A DNA stretch of 64,000 bases from Gemmatimonadota bacterium (GTDB lineage: Bacteria; Gemmatimonadota; Gemmatimonadetes; Gemmatimonadales; GWC2-71-9). The notes beneath the pieces were generated by a model that saw only the letters and a program-made list of their open reading frames with translations, was not told where the DNA came from and did no database searches. A program made the position numbers and the translations under genes. Shown one piece after another: positions 43,479 to 52,291 of the stretch (positions within the stretch are counted from its first letter, which is position 1; the number at the start of each line of letters is the position of its first letter). Where the stretch lies: NCBI GenBank assembly GCA_039592335.1, contig JBDHBX010000003.1, forward strand, positions 131,056 to 195,055. The letters are read 5' to 3'.

Positions 43479-45341
43479 CTACAGATCCCGCGGCGACCGC
43501 ACACCCCCACCGGGCACCGATTCCACCTCTTCCGGCTGCGGTGTGTGGTCTTCCCCGGGGTTGATGAAGCGGTCGTGCTCGATGAGGTACTGCTTGTCGT
43601 ACAGCTGGCGGTAGCGGCCGCGCCTGGCGAGCAGTTCGTCGTGCGTGCCGCGCTCCACAATCTCCCCCTCCTCGAGCACCAGGATCTGATCGGCGCTGCG
43701 GATGGTGGAAAGACGGTGTGCGATCACGAACGAGGTTCGGCCATGCCGCAATGTGCGCAGGCCGTCCTGGATCATCGCCTCGCTCTCGCTGTCGAGGCTG
43801 GACGTCGCTTCGTCCAGAATCAGGATCCGGGGATCGGCGAGAATGGCCCGCGCGATGGCAATCCGCTGGCGCTGGCCACCCGACAGCTTGATGCCGCGCT
43901 CGCCCACGATCGTGTCGTAGCCGTCCTCGAACTCATCGATGAACACGTTCGCATGTGCGATGCACGCAACTTCCTTGATCTCGTCGAGCGTGGCGTGCGG
44001 CCGCGCAAACGCGATGTTCTCGGCGATGGTGCCGTCGAACAGGAAGTTGTCCTGTAGCACCACGCCGAGCAGGCCACGGTAGTCGCGCAGGGGAACCGTG
44101 CCGAGGTCGCGCCCGTCCACCGTGATCGTCCCGGCGTTCGGCTGGTTGAAGGCCATCGCCAGGGAGATCAGCGTGCTCTTGCCCGAGCCGCTCGATCCCA
44201 CCAGCGCGGTGGTGGAGCCGGCCGGCGCGCTGAACGACACGTTCTTGAGCACGGGGACGTCGGGGTTGTACTCGAACCACACGTCCTGAAAGCCGATCTC
44301 TCCGGCGATCTCCCCGAGCGGTTCCTTGTCCCAGTCCTTTTCCTCCTCGGTGGCCATACGCCGGATCTCGCGAATGCGGTCGAGGCCGGCGAAAGCCTCG
44401 CTGATCTGGGTACCGATCTCGGCGATGGATACGAGGGGCGCGGCCACCAGGCCGGTGAAGAAGATGAACATCACGAAATCGCCGAGCGTCATCGTGCCGT
44501 CGAGGATCGCCCGGCCACCCACCACGATCATGATCACACTGATCGCACCCACGATCGCCGTGGTGAACGCGCCGATCCCCGAGATCCCGGTGATCGCCTT
44601 GGCGATGTTGCGGAACAGGCGGTGCACCCCGCGGGCAAACACGAGCTGCTCTCCCCGCTCGGCGACGTAGGCCTTCACGACGCGCACGCCGCCCAGGGAC
44701 TCGGCCAGCCGGCCCGTGACCTCGGCGTTGATCTTCCCCCGCTGGCGGAAGATGGGCCGCAGCCTGTTGAACGCGACCGCCATCGCCCCACCGAACGTGA
44801 CAAGCACAATGAGGATGACCGCCGTGAGCTTCCAGTTGAGCACGAACAACACGGCAAGCGCGATGGCGGCCGTCACCAGGCCGCCGGTAAGCCGGACCAA
44901 GCCGGTGCCGACCAGGTTCCGGATTCCCTCGGCATCAGTCATGATGCGGGAGATGAGCACGCCGGTCTTAGTGGAGTCGAAGTAGCTCACGGGCAGCCGG
45001 CTCACGTGCGCCTGCACCGCCTTGCGCATATCGGCGATGGCGCGCTGAGCGGTCACCCCGAGCACCTGGGCCAGTGCGAACGAGGTCGTCGCCTGCACCA
45101 GGGTGGCGCCGCCCACGGCGGCGGCCAGCGGAATGAGCAGCTCCGCCTTGCCCTGCCCGACCACGTCGTCAATCATGAATTTGGATGAGCCGGGAAGCAC
45201 GAGGCCCGCCAGCCGGTTCACGATCATGATCACCGCACCAAGGGCTAGACGGCGGCGGCGCGTCCAGATGACCTCACGCGCCTCGCGCCACACCTGTCCG
45301 AGGTCGAGCCTCTTCTTCTGTTGCGTCTTCTCGTCGGTCAC
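43479..45341 (-). CDS. ABC exporter, fused permease/ATPase (MsbA/multidrug type)
   Basis: Six-TM N-terminal half. Intact Walker A GSSGSGKST, signature LSGGQRQR, Walker B ILILDEATS and H-loop IAHRL. Confidence 0.9.
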   Translation of the reverse strand: MTDEKTQQKKRLDLGQVWREAREVIWTRRRRLALGAVIMIVNRLAGLVLPGSSKFMIDDVVGQGKAELLIPLAAAVGGATLVQATTSFALAQVLGVTAQRAIADMRKAVQAHVSRLPVSYFDSTKTGVLISRIMTDAEGIRNLVGTGLVRLTGGLVTAAIALAVLFVLNWKLTAVILIVLVTFGGAMAVAFNRLRPIFRQRGKINAEVTGRLAESLGGVRVVKAYVAERGEQLVFARGVHRLFRNIAKAITGISGIGAFTTAIVGAISVIMIVVGGRAILDGTMTLGDFVMFIFFTGLVAAPLVSIAEIGTQISEAFAGLDRIREIRRMATEEEKDWDKEPLGEIAGEIGFQDVWFEYNPDVPVLKNVSFSAPAGSTTALVGSSGSGKSTLISLAMAFNQPNAGTITVDGRDLGTVPLRDYRGLLGVVLQDNFLFDGTIAENIAFARPHATLDEIKEVACIAHANVFIDEFEDGYDTIVGERGIKLSGGQRQRIAIARAILADPRILILDEATSSLDSESEAMIQDGLRTLRHGRTSFVIAHRLSTIRSADQILVLEEGEIVERGTHDELLARRGRYRQLYDKQYLIEHDRFINPGEDHTPQPEEVESVPGGGVRSPRDL

Positions 45342-45366
45342 GGTCTAGAACTACTCACGGGGTGCC

Positions 45367-45561
45367 GTGCCTGAGTCAAGTGGCGGCCTCCGCAACGTCG
45401 ACTGTTTCCCGGGATCGTACAACGAGTACGACGGTCTCGCAGAAGCGTACATGGTGAATGGTGACCGGGAGCTGGCGATCGAGAACTACCGACGCTCGCT
45501 GGAGCTCAACCCCGCCAACCAGAACGCCGTCGACACGCTGCGCCGTTTGGGAGCGCCCTAG
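45367..45561 (+). pseudogene. 3' remnant of a TPR-tailed gene (or a tiny stand-alone TPR peptide)
   Basis: YDGLAEAYMVNGDRELAIENYRRSLELNPANQNAVDTLRRL is a single TPR of the kind found at the C-terminus of larger hydrolases. No N-terminal domain and no SD are present. It abuts the ABC exporter's promoter region. Confidence 0.35.
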
Positions 45562-45624
45562 CCGCCCGCGGACACACGGTCGGGCCACCCTAACGTCCCC
45601 GCGGCCCGACCTGTACCTTCTCGC

Positions 45625-46302
45625 ATGGTCTACGCCCTCATGACGAGCGGCGGGAAGGATTCCATTCTCGCCCTCGACCGCGCGCGCGACGCCGGGCTCG
45701 AGGTTCGGTACCTCGTCAGCTTCCACGACGGGGCGACCGGGCGCGTGCGGTTTCATGGGGTGCGCCACGAGCTGATCGGGCGGCAGGCGGAAGCGCTGGG
45801 CCTGGAGTGCCTCAGCATGCCGACCCTCCCCACCACCTTCGAGTCCACTTTCACCCAGTCGCTGCGCGAGCTCAAGGGCCTCGGCGTCAGGGGCGTCGTG
45901 TTCGGCAACGTGAGCCTGGCCGACGTCCGGTCCTGGTACGAGGAACGCGTACAGGCGGCGGGGCTGGAGCACGTGGAGCCGCTGTGGGGCGGCCCGGCCG
46001 TCGAGGTGGCGTGGGCCGTGGTAGAGCGCGGCTACCGCGCTATCATCGTGAGCGCCGATCTCGCGCGCGGGGCCGCGTCGTTCCTGGGACGTGAGTTCGA
46101 TGCCGATCTCGTCACGGAGATCAGCACGCGGGACGACCTGGACCCGTGCGGCGAGCGCGGGGAATTCCACACCTTCGTGTTCGACGGGCCGGAATTCCGC
46201 TCACCGGTGGGATTCTCGCGCGGCGAAACGGTGGAGTTCGAGGGGCACCGCTTCATGGATCTGGTGCCGGCCGGCGCGGCCCGCACCTCCAAGTGGGATT
46301 AG
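45625..46302 (+). CDS. Dph6/MJ0570-related PP-loop ATP pyrophosphatase (DUF71)
   Basis: MVYALMTSGGKDSILAL (SGGKDS PP-loop) and the C-terminal DPCGE.GEFHTFV block. Confidence 0.75.
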   Translation: MVYALMTSGGKDSILALDRARDAGLEVRYLVSFHDGATGRVRFHGVRHELIGRQAEALGLECLSMPTLPTTFESTFTQSLRELKGLGVRGVVFGNVSLADVRSWYEERVQAAGLEHVEPLWGGPAVEVAWAVVERGYRAIIVSADLARGAASFLGREFDADLVTEISTRDDLDPCGERGEFHTFVFDGPEFRSPVGFSRGETVEFEGHRFMDLVPAGAARTSKWD

Positions 46303-46919
46303 GCCTTCACTGCTCTCGCCTCGCGGGCGTCCAGCGCCTCGATGAACGCCTCACCGAAGTAGTACTTCAACTCGTCCCGCCCACCATGGTAGATCGTGGG
46401 GCCGGTGTCGAGACACACCAGCTCGTCTTCGCCTACCTCGTCTGCCACGCACAGCGTGGCGTCGTAAAAGGTGAGCGGGAAGAGACAGTCAACCATCGAT
46501 TTCAGCTCGCGGTGGTCGAGTCCCTCCTCCAGGCAGTAGGCGTGCAATAGGCAGCCGCGGCCCTCACGGTTGCGGAACACGCACGAGCCGTCCACCACCC
46601 GTGTGCGGTGGGAGCCGCCGCCGGGGACCTCGGGATCCTTCTCGAACTCGCCCGTGAACCACCGCTGCCGCGGAATCTTCGTGTAGCGCTCGATCCCGGC
46701 GGCGTGGCCCTGAATGCGCCCGTAATGGTACAGGTCCACGTCCACTCCGTACTGGCAGCACCAGTCGTCACAGAACGTGCACTGCAGGCAGTGGGTGAAG
46801 TAGGTGCGGCGAAAAATGTCGGTGTCGATGTGCGTGATCACGGGCGCGCCGTAGCGGCTCGCGAACGCTTCGGGAAGGGCTACGACGCCCTGCACCGTCG
46901 AGGAGTTCGATATGGTCAT
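46299..46919 (-). CDS. YkgJ-like Cys-rich (CxxCxxCC) Fe-S/Zn-binding protein (UPF0153-like)
   Basis: HCLQCTFCDDWCC and further Cys (GSCVF, GCLLHAYC). ATG 46919. The listed 393-aa version has an implausible N-terminal extension. Confidence 0.65.
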   Translation of the reverse strand: MTISNSSTVQGVVALPEAFASRYGAPVITHIDTDIFRRTYFTHCLQCTFCDDWCCQYGVDVDLYHYGRIQGHAAGIERYTKIPRQRWFTGEFEKDPEVPGGGSHRTRVVDGSCVFRNREGRGCLLHAYCLEEGLDHRELKSMVDCLFPLTFYDATLCVADEVGEDELVCLDTGPTIYHGGRDELKYYFGEAFIEALDAREARAVKA

Positions 46920-47033
46920 TGGGGAAACAATGTAATCAAGTGCGTAACGAGACGGTCGCGCCCTCGCCTGAGACCCTCCCAGGCGGTACACTTGTAGGTA
47001 CACCTGTCGATGCAGTCCGGCGGAAGGACAACC

Positions 47034-48443
47034 ATGCCCAGTGGTCGCGCCAAGAAGCGCCACGAGGTCGCACTGGTGACCGTGAGCCACCGCCTGCCGG
47101 TTACACTGCGCCGCGGACCGAACGGACCCGAGCGCGTGCGCTCCAGCGGTGGCCTCGTCGCGGCGTTCGCGCCAATCCTGGAAGATCGCGGCGGCGTGTG
47201 GATCGGCTGGCCGGGACTCGAATTGCGCCCCGGCGAGAGTGTCTCGGCGATCAACGACCCTTACCACCTCGAGCCGGTCGGCATCCCACGCCAGGACTTC
47301 AAGCCCTACTATCAAGGCTTCTCCAACCGCACGCTCTGGCCCCTGTTTCACACGCTTCCCGGGCAAGCCGTCTTCGAAACGAGCGAGTGGGAGGCATACG
47401 GGCGCGTGAACGAGCGGTTCGCCGAGGCAACCGCCGCCGTGATCGGACCCGACGACCACGTAGTGGTGAACGACTACCAACTGATGCTGGCGCCGGGCAG
47501 GCTACGGAAGCTGGCGCCCTCAACGGCCGTCGCGTTCTTCCTGCACATCCCCTTCCCGCCGTTCGATGTCTACCGCGTGCTGCCGTGGGCACGGCCGCTG
47601 CTGCGGGGCGTGCTCGCCGCGGACCTCGTCGGATTCCACGTCTCCGGGTACGCGCGCAACTTCCTCGACTGCGCGCACCGGCTGCTGGGACTCAAGGTCG
47701 ACCAGCGGCGCGGCATCGTGCAGATGGATGGGCGCACGGTGCGGGTGATCGCGCTGCCGTTGGGGATCGACTTCAAGCACTACGAGGAGCTGGCCAAGGA
47801 GGCACCCGACTCCGGCTTCCGAGAGGACGAGCACGTGGTGCTGGGGGTGGACCGGCTCGACTACACCAAGGGCATCCCGCAGCGGCTCCACGCCTTCGCG
47901 CGACTGTTCCAGACCTACTCGGACCACCGGGGGAAGGTCACCCTGCTGCAGATTGCGGTCCCAAGCCGCTCGGAGGTCACGGAGTACAAGGAGCTCAAGC
48001 GGGAGATCGACGAGCTGGTGGGCCAGGTGAACGGGCGCTTCGGCACCGCAAACTGGACACCGATCAGGTATCTCTATCGCTCGGTGTCACCCGAGAAGCT
48101 CACCGCCATGTACCGCGACGCCGACGTGGGCTCCGTCACGCCGCTGAGGGACGGCATGAACTTGGTGGCCAAGGAATTCGTGGCCTGCCAGGTGGGCAAC
48201 CCCGGCGTGCTGGTGCTGTCACACACGGCCGGGGCTGCCGAGACCATGACAGAGGCCATCATGGTCAACCCCTACGACATCGACGACACCGCCGCCAAAC
48301 TGCACCAGGCGCTCACGATGCCCAAGAAGGAACGCCACGCACGCATGCAGGCCCTGAGGAAGCGCGAGGCCAAGCACGACGTGCACGAGTGGGCCAGAAA
48401 GCTGGTGCAGAAGTTGGGGAGGGCGGCAAGAGAGAACCCGTAG
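47034..48443 (+). CDS. otsA: Alpha,alpha-trehalose-phosphate synthase (GT20)
   Basis: LVTVSHRLP, FSNRTLWPLFH, NDYQLML, LGVDRLDYTKGI, PLRDGMNLVAKEF. GGAAGGA lies 5 nt upstream of ATG 47034. Confidence 0.9.
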   Translation: MPSGRAKKRHEVALVTVSHRLPVTLRRGPNGPERVRSSGGLVAAFAPILEDRGGVWIGWPGLELRPGESVSAINDPYHLEPVGIPRQDFKPYYQGFSNRTLWPLFHTLPGQAVFETSEWEAYGRVNERFAEATAAVIGPDDHVVVNDYQLMLAPGRLRKLAPSTAVAFFLHIPFPPFDVYRVLPWARPLLRGVLAADLVGFHVSGYARNFLDCAHRLLGLKVDQRRGIVQMDGRTVRVIALPLGIDFKHYEELAKEAPDSGFREDEHVVLGVDRLDYTKGIPQRLHAFARLFQTYSDHRGKVTLLQIAVPSRSEVTEYKELKREIDELVGQVNGRFGTANWTPIRYLYRSVSPEKLTAMYRDADVGSVTPLRDGMNLVAKEFVACQVGNPGVLVLSHTAGAAETMTEAIMVNPYDIDDTAAKLHQALTMPKKERHARMQALRKREAKHDVHEWARKLVQKLGRAARENP

Positions 48444-48484
48444 AGAGGCGAGCGGCGCCGCCGCGCAGCTGCGAGCCCACGGTG

Positions 48485-48509
48485 CAAGCCCCGCTCATTG
48501 CGGGGCTTG
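48485..48509 (+). terminator. Intrinsic terminator after otsA
   Basis: CAAGCCCCGC-tcatt-GCGGGGCTTG followed by TCGTATATT. Confidence 0.7.
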
Positions 48510-48524
48510 TCGTATATTGGCGCC

Positions 48525-49739
48525 ATGATCACGTCCGCTCGCGGAAAGTGGTTCACACTGGGGCTGCTCGCCCTGGCCGAGTTGCTCGGCATGAGCCTCT
48601 GGTTCTCGGCGAGCGCCGTATCCGAGGAGCTACAGCAGCTCTGGGGCTTGAGCCAGGCCGAGGCCGGCTGGCTCACGGCGATCGTGCAGCTGGGATTCGT
48701 GGTCGGGACGGCCGTGGCTGCGGTGCTGAACCTCGCCGACGTCGTGCCGGCGCGGTTCTACTTCGCCGCCGCTGCGGTGCTGGGAGCGCTCGCCAACGCG
48801 TTGCTCGTGATCGCACCACAGTACGAGCTCGCGCTGGTGCTGCGGTTCGCAACCGGGTTCTTCCTGGCCGGGGTCTACCCGCCTGCGATGAAGATGGCGG
48901 CCACCTGGTTCCGCCAGGGCCGCGGCCTCGCGATCGGCACGGTGGTCGGCGCGCTGACCGTGGGCAAAGCGGGGCCTTACCTCATGCGCGCCTGGGTGCC
49001 GAGCGGCATCGCGTTCGTCGTCCTCTCCGTGTCCGCCGGTGCGGTGCTGGCAGCGCTGCTCGTTGCCACGGAGTACCGCGACGGGCCGCACGCGTTCGAG
49101 CGCCGGCCGTTCTCGTGGAAGCTCGTGAGTACTGTGCTGCGGCGCCGGGAGTGGCGCCTCGCCACCGGTGGGTATCTGGGACACATGTGGGAGTTGTACG
49201 CTTTCTGGACCTGGATCCCGGCGTTCCTCGCCGCCAGTGCCGCGGCGCTGGCCGCATCCGGGCACCCAGCACCAACAACTCCACAGGTGAGCTTTGTCGC
49301 ATTCCTCGCGATCGCCGTGGGCGGCGCCGGATGTCTCTGGGGCGGCTGGATGGCCGACCGCATCGGCTACGAGCGGCTGGTCACTCGGGCCATGGCCGCG
49401 AGCGGCACGTGCGCCCTGCTGATCGGCGTGGTGTTCGGCGCGAGCTTCTGGTTACTGGTGCCGCTCACGCTGGCGTGGGGCTTCTTCGTCATCGCCGACT
49501 CGGCCCAGTTCAGCGCGCTGGTCACGGAGGTGAGCCCGCCGCACGCCGTGGGCACCGCGCTCACGCTGCAGACGTCGCTCGGTTTCCTGCTCACCATGGT
49601 CACCATTCAGCTGGTGCCGAACGTGGCCGAGCTGATCGGGTGGCGCTGGGCCTTTGCGTTCCTGGCGCTCGGGCCGGCGGCTGGGATTTGGGCGATTGGG
49701 AGGTTGAGGGTGGGGGGGGAGAGACTGCGCGCGCGCTAG
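48525..49739 (+). CDS. MFS transporter
   Basis: About 12 TM segments. ATG 48525 lies just after the otsA terminator. The listed TTG 48498 falls inside the terminator stem. Confidence 0.8.
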   Translation: MITSARGKWFTLGLLALAELLGMSLWFSASAVSEELQQLWGLSQAEAGWLTAIVQLGFVVGTAVAAVLNLADVVPARFYFAAAAVLGALANALLVIAPQYELALVLRFATGFFLAGVYPPAMKMAATWFRQGRGLAIGTVVGALTVGKAGPYLMRAWVPSGIAFVVLSVSAGAVLAALLVATEYRDGPHAFERRPFSWKLVSTVLRRREWRLATGGYLGHMWELYAFWTWIPAFLAASAAALAASGHPAPTTPQVSFVAFLAIAVGGAGCLWGGWMADRIGYERLVTRAMAASGTCALLIGVVFGASFWLLVPLTLAWGFFVIADSAQFSALVTEVSPPHAVGTALTLQTSLGFLLTMVTIQLVPNVAELIGWRWAFAFLALGPAAGIWAIGRLRVGGERLRAR

Positions 49740-49761
49740 TGTCGCAGGCGGCCAGGCACGG

Positions 49762-49793
49762 AACGGCTCGCCGGAGAGTTCCGGCGAGCCGTT
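49762..49793. terminator. Bidirectional terminator between the convergent MFS and S8 peptidase genes
   Basis: AACGGCTCGCCGG-agagtt-CCGGCGAGCCGTT (perfect 13-bp stem) followed by TGGCGTT. Confidence 0.7.
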
Positions 49794-49817
49794 TGGCGTT
49801 CCAGGTCTTTGAGGAAC

Positions 49818-51266
49818 CTAGTTGGCGCCTACCGCGCTGGCGGCATTGAGACGGCCCTTGCCATAGTAGGGGTCGTTCCCCTTCTTGCCGAGGTCGTCCG
49901 CGGTTCGTTGGATGATGGTCTTGATGCGACCGGGCCTCCTGCCAACGTCCTCAACGAGTAGGCTCGCCACGCCGGAAACGTGCGGCGCGGCCATGGAAGT
50001 GCCACTCGCCCCCACAACCCAAGTGGGCGAGGACCAACAGCCAATCACCAAGCTCGTCTGTGAGCACGCCGCCCAAACCCAGCCAGCGTCGTTGGTTATC
50101 GCATCCCCGCCGGGCGCGGCAACACTGATCGCGGAGTTCCCAAAGTTCGTATACGGGGCGATGGCGTCGATTCCGATCCAAGGGCCAGCGTAGCCAGCGC
50201 CGGCTTCCGGGGCGGTAGCCGATACACAGATCGTGTTGGGTACATCGCAGTAGGTCGCGAAAGCATTGCCGTTATGATCCAGATCCCAAGCTGCGTTGCC
50301 TGCGGATACGACAACCGTTACTCCCCTGTTGTTTGCGTAGTTGAATACCCTGTTGATGAAGCCAACGAACCATCCGTTGTGCGCCTTCGTGAACCCACCG
50401 CCGAGGCTCATGTTGATGACGTCGGCACCGTTGTCCACCGCGTGAAGCACGCCGTCTATGACTGCACTGAACGGGCAGCTAACATAAACCACACCTATGG
50501 CAAGAGAGTCTGGATCGTACCCGCAGACTTTCACGCCGATGAGAGTCGTCTGGGTCGTGACGCCAGCCGCGACATACGAATTGCTCACTGCCGTGGCTGC
50601 CACGTGAGTGCCGTGGAAGTACAGATCCGTCACGTAGTCGCGACCCGCAAAGTAGAGATCGGTCAAGTAATCATCGAACGGCATAAACGAAACGGATCGT
50701 GACAGATCCACGCGCCCCTCAAGATCGGCGTGCAGATAGTCAATGCCGGTATCGAGAATCGCGACAGTAACATCCGAGGAGCCCGTCCTCTGCGCACCCC
50801 AAACATCGTCTGCTTGAATCGCCCGCATGTTCCACTGCCACAGATAGAAGTCTGCAGTTGTCGGATCGCCGGGACTCATTACTGCGTCGGCTTCAACGGC
50901 CTCGTCATTCACGATCGGATTGAGCTCAAATGCATTATCCTCGTACAGCTTTCTGACGTACTTCTTCCTACCGAGCGCACTGGCGGCGGTCTCGTCCAGC
51001 CCACTGACCGCCGCGACGCCAATGTCATGCGAAAAGACCACGCTGCCGCCCAGCCTCTCGACATCGGCGGTGAACCCGGCGGGGACGCCCTTTCTCCTGA
51101 ACATGATCAAGTGCCGGTCACTGATTTCGAAATCCCCGGTACCGACCACGGAGAAGTCCGGCTGCTCGATCGGCGCTTCCGCCGGCCCATCCGCGCACGC
51201 AAACGCAAACACCGCCAGCGCAGCCACGGCCGTCAGCCGCAACCCAATTCGTGATGCAGTGCTCAT
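49818..51266 (-). CDS. S8 (subtilisin-family) serine peptidase, probable lipoprotein with I9-like propeptide
   Basis: Catalytic Asp (VAILDTGID), His (HGTHVAAT) and Ser (SGTSMAAPHVSG). Lipobox-like VFAFAC. GGAGG SD upstream of ATG 51266. GC content is markedly lower than in the neighbouring genes. Confidence 0.9.
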   Translation of the reverse strand: MSTASRIGLRLTAVAALAVFAFACADGPAEAPIEQPDFSVVGTGDFEISDRHLIMFRRKGVPAGFTADVERLGGSVVFSHDIGVAAVSGLDETAASALGRKKYVRKLYEDNAFELNPIVNDEAVEADAVMSPGDPTTADFYLWQWNMRAIQADDVWGAQRTGSSDVTVAILDTGIDYLHADLEGRVDLSRSVSFMPFDDYLTDLYFAGRDYVTDLYFHGTHVAATAVSNSYVAAGVTTQTTLIGVKVCGYDPDSLAIGVVYVSCPFSAVIDGVLHAVDNGADVINMSLGGGFTKAHNGWFVGFINRVFNYANNRGVTVVVSAGNAAWDLDHNGNAFATYCDVPNTICVSATAPEAGAGYAGPWIGIDAIAPYTNFGNSAISVAAPGGDAITNDAGWVWAACSQTSLVIGCWSSPTWVVGASGTSMAAPHVSGVASLLVEDVGRRPGRIKTIIQRTADDLGKKGNDPYYGKGRLNAASAVGAN

Positions 51267-51363
51267 GTAGTTACCTCCATCGAGAGGGGTGACAAGGAAC
51301 CACGCCGATTCACGCCGGCGCCTCCTCCGTCGGCTCGTCACGCTACAATCCCAAATACAGAAA

Positions 51364-51392
51364 AGGCGTGCGGCCAAACGGCCGACACGCCT
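51364..51392 (-). terminator. Orphan intrinsic terminator (no upstream CDS on its strand)
   Basis: AGGCGTGCGGCC-aaac-GGCCGaCACGCCT. On the minus strand it is followed by UUUUCUGUAUUUGG. It lies about 100 nt upstream of the S8 start. Confidence 0.6.
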
Positions 51393-51669
51393 GTGTCACT
51401 CGTAATACCAGTTGGGCGGCACACACACACGCGCTGCCCGGCTGCCGTAGTCATACGCCAGGTGGCACCCACAAAGCGTGTGAATCCCAATACCCATGCA
51501 CTAACCCGTCCCGAGAGGCCTGCGGAGGGCGCAGCCACGGCCTCAACCCAGTCTCCTCGCGAAGATACCGGGGGGACGAGCGCCCGCAAGGAGCCGGCGG
51601 GCTCACTGCCCAGGCCTGGCGACCGGCCTGCTTCCAGTCCAGAATTGGCTCTATTAGACCCCGAGTCAG

Positions 51670-52278
51670 ATGGGAGGGGACCGGGTCGTGACACGACAGA
51701 CGCCGAAGCAGTCCCGCTTACACTTCCACCCCCTCACCCCTGCCCGCTGGGCCGATTTCGAGCAGCTGTTCGGCGAGCGCGGGGCCTGCGGGGGCTGCTG
51801 GTGCATGTGGTGGCGGCTCAAGCGCTCGGAGTTCGAGAAGCGAAAGGGCGCCGGCAACAAGCGGGCGATGAAGGCGATCGTGCGGAAGGGCGACGTCCCA
51901 GGAATAATCGCGTACGCGGGGAAGCAACCGGTCGGCTGGTGCGCCGTCGCCCCCCGCGAGAACTACGGCACGCTGGAGCGCTCCCGCATCCTCAAGCCGG
52001 TGGACGACCACCCGGTCTGGTCGGTGGTCTGCTTCTTCGTGGAGAAGGCCCACCGCGGTACCGGCGTATCGGTGGAGCTGCTGCGCGCCGCGGTCGCCCA
52101 CGCCAAGCGGCACGGGGCCCGGATTGTAGAGGGCTACCCCGTGGAGCCGAAGCAGGACCGCATGCCCGACGCCTTCGCCTGGTTCGGCCTAGCCTCGGCC
52201 TTCGAGCGGGCCGGCTTCGAGGAGGTGGCGCGGCGGTCGCCCACCCGTCCCATCATGCGGTTACACATCAAGAAGTGA
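51670..52278 (+). CDS. GNAT-family N-acetyltransferase (CGGCWCMWWR-motif subgroup)
   Basis: FEQLFGERGACGGCWCMWWR N-terminal motif and acetyl-CoA region HRGTGVSVELLRAAVAHAK. Confidence 0.75.
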   Translation: MGGDRVVTRQTPKQSRLHFHPLTPARWADFEQLFGERGACGGCWCMWWRLKRSEFEKRKGAGNKRAMKAIVRKGDVPGIIAYAGKQPVGWCAVAPRENYGTLERSRILKPVDDHPVWSVVCFFVEKAHRGTGVSVELLRAAVAHAKRHGARIVEGYPVEPKQDRMPDAFAWFGLASAFERAGFEEVARRSPTRPIMRLHIKK

Positions 52279-52291
52279 TGGCTCACTTACC

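Noticed and set aside
46299-46302. Convergent genes sharing overlapping stop codons (TTAG), and a 3-nt gap between convergent genes at 13826-13830
   Set aside because: This is real but is an ordinary consequence of compact genome organisation. There is no evidence of special function.
46919-49849. 976-aa plus-strand ORF spanning otsA and the MFS gene
   Set aside because: It is an alternative frame of two well-supported genes. The composition is Arg/Gly/Pro/Ala-dominated, and it crosses a clear terminator hairpin (48485-48509).
51463-51478. TGGCACCCACAAAGCG on the plus strand (GG-N10-GC satisfied)
   Set aside because: The -12 element (AAGC) is poor, and the site is about 190 nt upstream of the GNAT start with no nearby palindrome. 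I keep it only as a weak alternative under the 51364-51669 finding.
51620-51645. GGAAGCAG on the minus strand, reminiscent of SRP RNA domain IV
   Set aside because: The full SRP motif (GGAAGGAAGCAGCC with a closing helix and the matching 3' strand) is not present.
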